This document shows, piece by piece, positions 54,172-64,000 of a stretch of 64,000 nt of DNA. The first letter of the stretch is position 1. The number at the start of each line of letters is the position of its first letter. The notes below the pieces were generated by a model. It had not been told where the DNA came from, ran no database searches, and saw only the letters and a list, made by a program, of their open reading frames with translations. A program made the position numbers and the translations under genes. Location: contig OX597829.1 of the NCBI GenBank assembly GCA_951406725.2, positions 4,030,001-4,094,000 of the forward strand, in the 5' to 3' direction. The stretch is from Octopus vulgaris. Lineage: Eukaryota.

Positions 54172-54664
54172 AACCGGAATCGAAATTGAACCAATCCTAT
54201 GACTGGCACCCGGCAGTTGCCAGTGCCACTGGACTGACTCCTGTACAGGTGGCAAGTAAAGAAACACTGTTTCGACCCTGTGCTTGGGGAGACCTATTGA
54301 GTCAAGTACATCAACATCAAAAATCAATGGAAATTGTAGTTATGATCTCTGTGCCGGTGGCACGTAAAAAGCACATCCGAACATGGCCATTGCCAGCGCT
54401 GCCTTGACTGGCTTCTGTGCTGGTGGAATGTAAAAAGCATCAACCAATCATGGCGTTGCCAGCCTCAGCTAGCACCTGTGCCGGTGGCACGTAAAAAGCA
54501 CCCACTACAGTCATGGAGTGGTTGGCATTAGGAAGGGCATTCAGCTGTAGAAACACTGCCAGATCAGACTGGAGCCTGATGCAGGCTCCTGGCTTCCCAG
54601 ACCCCGGTCGAATCGTCCAATCCTTGCTAGCATGGAAAACAGACGTTAAACGATGATGATGATG

Positions 54665-54665
<1 letters not shown>
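54172..54665 (+). mobile_element. Family C RTE-related element (long copy)
   Basis: Three gtgccggtggcacgtaaaaagca-type units and a (gat)n tail. Confidence 0.85.
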
Positions 54666-54699
<34 letters not shown>

Positions 54700-55080
54700 A
54701 AGAAAGAGATAGATAATGGTTGTGTTTGCCAAATAATCATGTTCCGTAGTGTAGGAAGGTTTACAAAAGATTGGGAACACAGCTGCTCTCCATTAAACTA
54801 CTGAATGAATTGTTATATATGTATTTGATACATATATATATATGTATGTATGCGTGTTTCTATATATCTGATTGCTGCATGCTCAGAAACACAGAAACAG
54901 CCACTAACATACAGATGTGTACACATGCATATACATGTGTGTGTGTGTGTGTGTGGGAAGTTACATTCACATGTGTGTCACATACAATGTTTTCTTTGCC
55001 GCCTTATCAATTTGGACAGATGGCGAAGGAATGGCTACAATGAAAATTCACATTGACATTGTGAACTCTTTTTTTACCAG

Positions 55081-55104
55081 GCAGACCGTTGTTACTTACC
55101 TTCG
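55081..55104 (+). other. Candidate 24-nt frame-preserving microexon (or 85-nt exon 55020-55104) of the neurobeachin gene
   Basis: ctctttttttaccag|GCAGACCGTTGTTACTTACCTTCG|gtaaga. No stop in the phase-1 frame, and it lies in non-repetitive sequence. Confidence 0.35.
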
Positions 55105-56154
55105 GTAAGACCAATTTTCGAGGGGAAAGAATAAGGATAAATGCAACTGTAACTCAGTTTTGCACAATATGGGGAAAGTGAGGGAGAAAAAAAAAAAAAA
55201 AGGGTTGGTGCAACCAAGATTTAATGCAGGTATAGTGAGCATAAGAATTGACAACGCCTACCATTTTGTTGTCTGTAACAACACACATGCAGGGAAATTA
55301 AGCTTCTGTAGTAACATATTACCAGCATAAACATTTATATTGAAAGAAAATACAAGACATGCAGCGATGTATTTTGCGGTTGTTCGTCTTTTTCTTTTTC
55401 CATGCATTCCTCTCTTTTTTTTTATCAGTTCTTTGTTTGATTTTTGTTTGCTTTTTCTTATTCTAGAAACAAATACAAAAGTAAATTCTTTGGGAATTTT
55501 ACATTTTTTCTTTTAAAAATAAAAAGGTAGATTATTGTTGTTCTTTTAGATTTATTTTTTTTACTCATACACACACACACACACACATATTTATTTATTT
55601 ATACCCATGTATATATACATGTGTGTATATATTTGTTTCTATATATGTATGTGTGTGTGTGTGTGTCTATACGTATGTATTTGCATACACACACGTAGAT
55701 GTTATTTGTTTTTAATTTTGTATTTTCTGATAATAAAAGGCGTTTTTTGTTTGGCTTTGAATTTTATTTGTGAACAGACCTTGAATCACTGGAATGAGAT
55801 ATATGAAGCAGGATGAGAGACAGAAGGAGTTTAGAGAAAAAGAGAACGATGTCGTTGTTGTTGTTGTTACCATTGGGAGAGAGGGAGAGAAAGAGAGAGA
55901 GAGGGAGAGTTAGGGAGGGAGGGTAAACAGCCTGTATATATCCCAGTGGTAGCAGTTTGACTTTGACAGTCAAATGAATGGACTTTTTGGGTGCATGTCT
56001 AGATTGTTCATGTTGTAGCAGTACAATCCATATGTGACCACTACTCAGATGTGGGTCTTACGTTAGCCGGTAGAGTTTAATAACTGATCATGAGTTAGAG
56101 TTTCTGTTAGTACAAAAGAGGAATCTTATTCTTTGTCATACAAATTACATGTTA

Positions 56155-56884
56155 GGTGTGGCAGTGTGGTAAAAAGTTTGCTTTCCAACCACACCATTCC
56201 AGGTTCAGTCCCACTGTGTGTCAACTTGGCCAAGTGTCATCTACTATAGTCTCAGGCTGGCCAAAGCCTTGAGAGTATATTTGGCAGATGGAAACTGATA
56301 GAATCTCATGATATATTCTTTTCTTTTATTCTTTTACTTGTTTCAGTCTTTTGACTGCAGCGATGCTTAAAGAAATCAATCCCAGGACTTATTCTTTGTA
56401 AGCCTAGTACTTATTCTATTGGTTTTATTTGCCAAACTGCTAAGTTACAAAGACAAAAACACTCCAGCATCAGTTGTCAAGCAATGGTGTTGGGGACAAA
56501 CAGACACAAAGACACACACACATAAATATATATACATATATACGATGGGCTTCTTTCAGTTTCCATCTACCAAATCCACTCACAAGGCTCTGGTTGGCCT
56601 GAGGTTATAATAGAAGACACTTTGCCCAAGGTGTCATGCAGTGGTACTGAACCCAGAAACGTGATTGGGAAACAAGTTTCTTACCACACAGCTATGCTTG
56701 CACCTACATAAATATACAATTATGTGGTGAAGCAATTAGCTGACCCCTAATTATGTTTATAATTATAGAATATTTGTAAAATTATACCTATAAAGGTTAT
56801 TTTAACGTACCGAGCTACTTGGTAAAATTATTAATTAATTGATTGATTAATTAATTAAATAATTCATTTTACCCGTTTATTATT

Positions 56885-56938
<54 letters not shown>

Positions 56939-57085
56939 CTTGGTTGTGTGGTAAGAGGTTTGCTTTCTGACTACACATTTCCAGGTGTGCAAGTTTGCAC
57001 CTTTTGCAAGTGTCTTTTACTATAGCCCTGGGCCAACCAAAGTGGATTTGGTAGACAGAAACTGAAAGAAGCTTTGTGTATGTGT
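56155..57085. mobile_element. Cluster of three SINE family A pieces in alternating orientation (+ 56155-56310, - 56320-56706, + 56935-57085), duplicated at 59367-60305
   Basis: Each piece matches family A head and body motifs. Confidence 0.8.
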
Positions 57086-57654
57086 GTGCATGCATGTATG
57101 CATGCATATGTGTGTTCTCACTCTAAGAGATTATCAAAATTTGTAAGATTTAATGTTTGGTGATGTTAGGGTTTGTAATTGCATATGTTTGATGTATAGA
57201 AAATGTCTACAAGGCAGTTTGCTTAACCCTTTAGCATCCAGATTACTCTGTCAAATTCATGATTTATTTATTTGCATTGTTTTGAATTAATGCATTATTT
57301 TGTAGCTTTGAGATTTTGATGCTAATTTTTAGAATGACATTGTAGAACTGGTGTAGGGAATCCAGATCCAGTCAATTTGAACATAAAAGAGGTAGAATTA
57401 TTTTGGCTGGTTTTAAATACTAAAGCTTTAAATGTGACTATAGGTTTTAATATGCTTGTATGATTAAACGGTTCTCTTTGCAACTGTATTTGTTTTGTAT
57501 CTTGGGTGCCCTCTGCTACAGCCAAGGCCAACAAATACCATGTGATGGGATTTGATAAGCAGAAACCAAAGAGAACCCATCACATACATAGAAAAATGTA
57601 TGTTTGCATATGCTCACAAATGAGTTGGTATATGTATGTGTGTGTGTATGTATG

Positions 57655-57704
<50 letters not shown>

Positions 57705-57838
57705 GTAGGAATAGAAGACAGCATCATTAACATTTCCATTATTTCACATCATGCAGTTGTTTCAGCATCTTCCATGAATCTTCAGAATTATATCATTATC
57801 AATAACATAATCATTGTACATGGTATGAGAATCATCTC

Positions 57839-57897
<59 letters not shown>

Positions 57898-58139
57898 AGA
57901 GTTTACGAAAAAAAACAACAAAAGACGAAGATAGGTGGTGTACAAAACAAACAGATGTATTAGTATAACGCTCAGAAATAGAAAAAGTCTTTTACGTTTT
58001 GAGCCTACGCTCTTTTACAGAAAGGGACACAGAAAAAAACAGGAGAAAAAAAATGTGTGTAGTGGCTATATAAAAAAAATTAGGAAAAGACCACCTTTTA
58101 TCAATTCAAAATGAATATATATATATATTCTTGTATGTA

Positions 58140-58620
58140 TCATCATTATCACCTAACATCTGTTTTTTATGCTGACATGAGTTGGTTAGTTTGACAGGAA
58201 CTGATAATATGAAGAGCTGTCTAGGTTCCATGTCTGTTTTGATATGGTTTCTGTAACTGGGTGCCCTTCCTAATGCCAACCACCTCACAGAGTCTACTGG
58301 GTGCTTTTAATGTGACACCGGCATTAGTGACATTATGTGGCACCAGCATCCATGAGCCCACAAAATTAAGATCTCTCAGTTGGAGAGGGATGCAGGGGAC
58401 TTGCCTGTATGCAAGAACAACCATGATTTCATTTGGTTTGATGTGCCCTTCTCCAGAAAACAAACTCTTCTCTTTTAGGCCCATCATTTGAAGATTCTAT
58501 CTCACGTCTTCCTGGGGCTCCCCCTTCTACACATTCCCTCTACAATGAGAGATCAGCACTTCTTGATGCAACTGTCTTCATTCATATGCAGTACATGACT
58601 GCACCATATGACGATGCTTA
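58140..58620 (-). mobile_element. RTE LINE 3' end with coding remnant (duplicate about 61350-61830)
   Basis: Minus strand WCSHVLHMNEDSCIKKC*SLIVEGMCRRGSPRKT* (RTE WYGHV..GRPRKTW motif), followed by family C-like sequence and a (gat)-like tail. Confidence 0.7.
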
Positions 58621-60096
58621 ACCAATATCTGGCATCTATTGTGGCTCTGTGAATGTATTGACTTTTCTGTCCTTTGTGGTGTATCATTGAGTGGAGGTGG
58701 GGTAAATGAAATACTGGAATACTGGTTCAGTGCCTAATATTTTTTGGGAATTAATTTCCTTAAAATTACAGGTATATATTTAAACATATGCAACATCCAA
58801 GGGTATATTGTTTCCCTCTGAAGGTATTATGCTTAGGGCATATGAATTTAATATTTAATTAATTCACTGAGTATTAACCCTTTAGCATTCAAACCGGCCA
58901 TATCTGGCCAAAATATTTAACCTGTTTTATATTGAAACTGACCAGCTCTCGCCTCTCACCTCAGCCCTACCATGTCATTCTAAAACTAAAAAATCACATC
59001 ACTGAAATCTCTAAATCTACAAGATAATGCATGATTAATTCAAAACAATATAAATAAACGATGTCGTTGTTGTTGTTGTTACCATTGGGAGAGAGGGAGA
59101 GAAAGAGAGAGAGAGGGAGAGTTAGGGAGGGAGGGTAAACAGCCTGTATATATCCCAGTGGTAGCAGTTTGACTTTGACAGTCAAATGAATGGACTTTTT
59201 GGGTGCATGTCTAGATTGTTCATGTTGTAGCAGTACAATCCATATGTGACCACTACTCAGATGTGGGTCTTACGTTAGCCGGTAGAGTTTAATAACTGAT
59301 CATGAGTTAGAGTTTCTGTTAGTACAAAAGAGGAATCTTATTCTTTGTCATACAAATTACATGTTAGGTGTGGCAGTGTGGTAAAAAGTTTGCTTTCCAA
59401 CCACACCATTCCAGGTTCAGTCCCACTGTGTGTCAACTTGGCCAAGTGTCATCTACTATAGTCTCAGGCTGGCCAAAGCCTTGAGAGTATATTTGGCAGA
59501 TGGAAACTGATAGAATCTCATGATATATTCTTTTCTTTTATTCTTTTACTTGTTTCAGTCTTTTGACTGCAGCGATGCTTAAAGAAATCAATCCCAGGAC
59601 TTATTCTTTGTAAGCCTAGTACTTATTCTATTGGTTTTATTTGCCAAACTGCTAAGTTACAAAGACAAAAACACTCCAGCATCAGTTGTCAAGCAATGGT
59701 GTTGGGGACAAACAGACACAAAGACACACACACATAAATATATATACATATATACGATGGGCTTCTTTCAGTTTCCATCTACCAAATCCACTCACAAGGC
59801 TCTGGTTGGCCTGAGGTTATAATAGAAGACACTTTGCCCAAGGTGTCATGCAGTGGTACTGAACCCAGAAACGTGATTGGGAAACAAGTTTCTTACCACA
59901 CAGCTATGCTTGCACCTACATAAATATACAATTATGTGGTGAAGCAATTAGCTGAACCCTAATTATGTTTATAATTATAGAATATTTGTAAAATTATACC
60001 TATAAAGGTTATTTTAACGTACCGAGCTACTTGGTAAAATTATTAATTAATTGATTGATTAATTAATTAAATAATTCATTTTACCCGTTTATTATT

Positions 60097-60159
<63 letters not shown>

Positions 60160-60896
60160 TTGGTTGTGTGGTAAGAGGTTTGCTTTCTGACTACACATTT
60201 CCAGGTGTGCAAGTTTGCACCTTTTGCAAGTGTCTTTTACTATAGCCCTGGGCCAACCAAAGTGGATTTGGTAGACAGAAACTGAAAGAAGCTTTGTGTA
60301 TGTGTGTGCATGCATGTATGCATGCATATGTGTGTTCTCACTCTAAGAGATTATCAAAATTTGTAAGATTTAATGTTTGGTGATGTTAGGGTTTGTAATT
60401 GCATATGTTTGATGTATAGAAAATGTCTACAAGGCAGTTTGCTTAACCCTTTAGCATCCAGATTACTCTGTCAAATTCATGATTTATTTATTTGCATTGT
60501 TTTGAATTAATGCATTATTTTGTAGCTTTGAGATTTTGATGCTAATTTTTAGAATGACATTGTAGAACTGGTGTAGGGAATCCAGATCCAGTCAATTTGA
60601 ACATAAAAGAGGTAGAATTATTTTGGCTGGTTTTAAATACTAAAGCTTTAAATGTGACTATAGGTTTTAATATGCTTGTATGATTAAACGGTTCTCTTTG
60701 CAACTGTATTTGTTTTGTATCTTGGGTGCCCTCTGCTACAGCCAAGGCCAACAAATACCATGTGATGGGATTTGATAAGCAGAAACCAAAGAGAACCCAT
60801 CACATACATAGAAAAATGTATGTTTGCATATGCTCACAAATGAGTTGGTATATGTATGTGTGTGTGTATGTATGTATGTATGTATGTATGTATATA

Positions 60897-60930
<34 letters not shown>

Positions 60931-61069
60931 ATTAGTAGGAATAGAAGACAGCATCATTAACATTTCCATTATTTCACATCATGCAGTTGTTTCAGCATCT
61001 TCCATGAATCTTCAGAATTATATCATTATCAATAACATAATCATTGTACATGGTATGAGAATCATCTCA

Positions 61070-61113
<44 letters not shown>

Positions 61114-62088
61114 AGAGTTTACGAAAAAAACAACAAAAGACGAAGACAGGTGGTGTACAAAACAAACAGATGTATTAGTATAACGCTCAGAAATAGAAAA
61201 AGTCTTATACGTTTTGAGCCTACGCTCTTCTACAGAAAGGGACACAGAAAAAACCAGGAGAAAAAAAATGTGTGTAGTGGCTATATAAAAAAAATTAGGA
61301 AAAGACCACCTTTTATCAATTCAAAATGAATATATATATTCTTGTATGTATCATCATTATCACCTATCATCTGTTTTTTATGCTGACATGAGTTGGTTAG
61401 TTTGACAGGAACTGATAATATGAAGAGCTGTCTAGGTTCCATGTCTGTTTTGATATGGTTTCTGTAACTGGGTGCCCTTCCTAATGCCAACCACTTCACA
61501 GAGTCTACTGGGTGCTTTTAATGTGGTACCGGCATTAGTGACATTATGTGGCACTAGCATCCATGAGCCCACAAAATTAAGATCTCTCAGTTGGAGAGGG
61601 ATGCAGGGGACTTGCCTGTATGCAAGAACAACCGTGATTTCATTTGGTTTGATGTGTCCTTCTCCAGAAAACAAACTCTTCTCTTTTAGGCCCATCATTT
61701 GAAGATTCTATCTCACGTCTTCCTGGGGCTCCCCCTTCTACACATTCCCTCTACAATGAGAGATCAGCACTTCTTGATGCAACTGTCTTCATTCATATGC
61801 AGTACATGACTGCACCATATGACGATGCTTAACCAATATCTGGCATCCATTGTGGCTCTGTGAATGTATTGACTTTTCCGTCCTTTGTGGTGTATCATTG
61901 AGTGGAGGTGGGGTAAATGAAATACTGGAATACTGGTTCAGTGCCTAATATTTTTTGGAAATTAATTTCCTTAAAATTACAGGTATATATTTAAACATAT
62001 GCAACATCCAAGGGTATATTGTTTCCCTCTGAAGGTATTATGCTTAGGGCATATGAATTTAATATTTAATTAATTCACTGAGTATTAA

Positions 62089-62309
62089 CCCTCTAGCATT
62101 CAAACCGGCCATATCTGGCCAAAATATTTAACCTGTTTTATATTGAAACTGACCAGCTCTCGCCTCTCACCTCAGCCCTACCATGTCATTCTAAAACTAA
62201 AAAATCACATCACTGCAATCTCTAAATCTACAAGATAATGCATGATTAATTCAAAACAATATAAATAAACAAACATCACATTTGACAGAATAATCTGAAC
62301 ATTAATGGG
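62089..62309. mobile_element. piggyBac MITE family 2, complete (its twin at 58878-59059 is cut by the duplication junction)
   Basis: TTAA|ccctctagcattca ... tgaacattaatggg|TTAA. Confidence 0.85.
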
Positions 62310-62587
62310 TTAATTGAAACAGCTGTAAGGGATGATGATTGATTCGTTGTTAATAATAAAAACAATTAGTAACTTCCCAATCTCCATTTTCTTTTTTCCT
62401 CCTTATATATAGAGAGAAAGAGAGAGAGAGAGTTTTACAGAAGAAATCCTGATCAAATTCTAAGAGAATTATCTCTATAAACCACTCACTTAATCAAGAA
62501 TATAACACACACTACTCAGTACTTCCCAAAGTATTGAATCCTTCAATTTGATATATGTAAGCCATATTATCTTTCTTTCTGTTGTAG

Positions 62588-62690
62588 CTGCTGTCATGTT
62601 TGCTTTCCCCGACCACATTACCATGAAGAAAGTGGTAAATGCTCTACCCAGGGTTGGTATTGGAATACGCTATGGTCTGAACCAGGCTAG
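62588..62690 (+). CDS. NBEA: Next coding exon of neurobeachin/LRBA (end of PH domain)
   Basis: Acceptor ctttctttctgttgtag|CT and donor GCTAG|gtaaaa. The 103 nt (phase 1 to 2) join the previous exon in frame: (T)AVMFAFPDHITMKKVVNALPRVGIGIRYGLNQAR, versus neurobeachin [35 protein letters not shown]. Not present in the supplied ORF track. Confidence 0.95.
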
Positions 62691-62853
62691 GTAAAAATAC
62701 CAGTTTTATATTTGTTCTTGTTCCTTGTTGATTTTTTTTTTGTTATGTTTTTTTCTTCAGTCTTTAAAATTATTTTGTGTATAATATTAGATTTTAATTT
62801 CGTTTTGGATTTGGTTTGCAAGATTCTTTATGTGAGTTTGTGTGTTGAAGCAT

Positions 62854-63123
62854 ATTCTGTTGTGTCTGGGGAGAGTCATTCTCTTTTAGTGCTTTATAAT
62901 GTAACACACTCAACGGTAAAATTTCCACTTATTTCTTTTTTATTTTTCTAAAATTCTTGTTGCATCTTGCAACCTTTTCAATAGTCAAAACCATTGGAAA
63001 GGTTGCAAGACACAACAAGAATTTTAGAAAAATAAAGAAGGAAATAAGCGGAAATTTTTACCAGTGAGTGTGTTAAAATATAAGGCCCCAAAAGAGAATG
63101 ACTCTCCCCTGACACAACAGAAT
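62854..63123. repeat. Long inverted repeat, about 130-bp arms with a short loop
   Basis: attctgttgtgtctggggagagtcattctctttt...ttgcaaccttttcaat / attggaaaggttgcaa...aaaagagaatgactctcccctgacacaacagaat. Confidence 0.9.
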
Positions 63124-64000
63124 TAAATTTTAAGATAACAGATAATGTAACTACTCTGACAATTCATCAAGCTAGTCATCTTATTTGGAATCTAAATTAA
63201 ATTAAAAATGAATATATCTTTGTAGACAACAAAATTTAATATTCATCCCGGTGTAATACATTTCACTTCATGTTAAGACAAATTTTTATCATTGGTGGAA
63301 GACAGATGTCTATCAGAAGAATGTATTACTTATTCCCATTTTTGCATGTATGTCACTACTTTGACTTAAAAGTCATTGTCACCCCTCTTCTAGTAAAAGG
63401 ATAATTATTATGTATGTGCTATGTGAAAAATATTGAATAATTCTTCAGTTTAATGTTAAATTGTTTTTATAATATAACTTAAGAAACATTAATGTGTGTA
63501 TGTAAGTGTAGATATAGATGAAATTGAAATAATGTCTTAAAATTTGCATGAAAGGAAAAATATGAGTAAATGTATTAGTTTAATGCTGAGAGAAATAGAA
63601 AAACTCTGAATGCTTTTTCATCAGAAAACCTTCATCAGAAAGGCAGATTAAGAGAAACAGACAGTAAAAATAAAAGAAAATTGTAGAGACTTAAGTGGCT
63701 GCTTGTGCGTCTCACATTAGTGTCATTTTAGGTGGGGGGACACATGCACACACACACACACACACACGAGGTGTGTGTATATGCATGTATACATGCACTG
63801 GTATGCAGAAATTTTAGGCATATGCTATTTTGCTATTTTTAACTTATTTTAAGTACATATTGTAACGACCATGTTAGAAAAACACTTACCCAAGGTATTG
63901 TACAGTGGGATTGAACTTGGAACCACATGGCTTGTGATGTGTTTAATAACTTGATCATATTTGTTTCTTTAAACAGTTTTGATAATAATTGTATACTAAA

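Larger units (their letters stand above)
55845..62270. repeat. Direct tandem duplication, about 3.21-kb unit (55845-59059 / 59057-62270)
   Basis: Line-for-line near identity with scattered substitutions and microsatellite length changes. Junction microhomology AAC. Confidence 0.95.

Noticed and set aside
63600-63645. Two CUGAUGA motifs on the minus strand; also weak cores near 8690-8722
   Set aside because: No correctly placed stem II plus GAAA and cleavage triplet; at most heavily decayed remnants.

Overview
AT-rich, microsatellite-dense animal genomic DNA. The SINE/LINE repertoire looks like octopus (coleoid cephalopod); this is an inference. The only convincing host coding sequence is two + strand exons (52519-52636, 62588-62690) that splice in frame to give the PH domain of a neurobeachin/LRBA-type BEACH protein. 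Positions 1-52518 are therefore most likely the 3' part of one very large intron. By my recollection this is the intron that hosts antisense mab-21 genes in vertebrate NBEA/LRBA, but no mab-21 ORF lies in the window. The rest is transposon-derived: several tRNA-derived SINE families (some with exact TSDs), RTE LINE 3' ends, piggyBac, hAT, mariner, pogo-like and MULE/Merlin-like elements, and a non-autonomous Helitron. The main points of interest are: (i) (TA)n-embedded long palindromes, several carrying hammerhead-ribozyme cores typical of Penelope-like element ends, including one near-complete type I hammerhead at 6985-7056; (ii) a candidate 24-nt microexon or 85-nt alternative exon between the two PH exons; (iii) a 3.2 kb tandem duplication with a 3-bp microhomology junction. 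Almost all ORFs in the supplied track are microsatellite or repeat artefacts.
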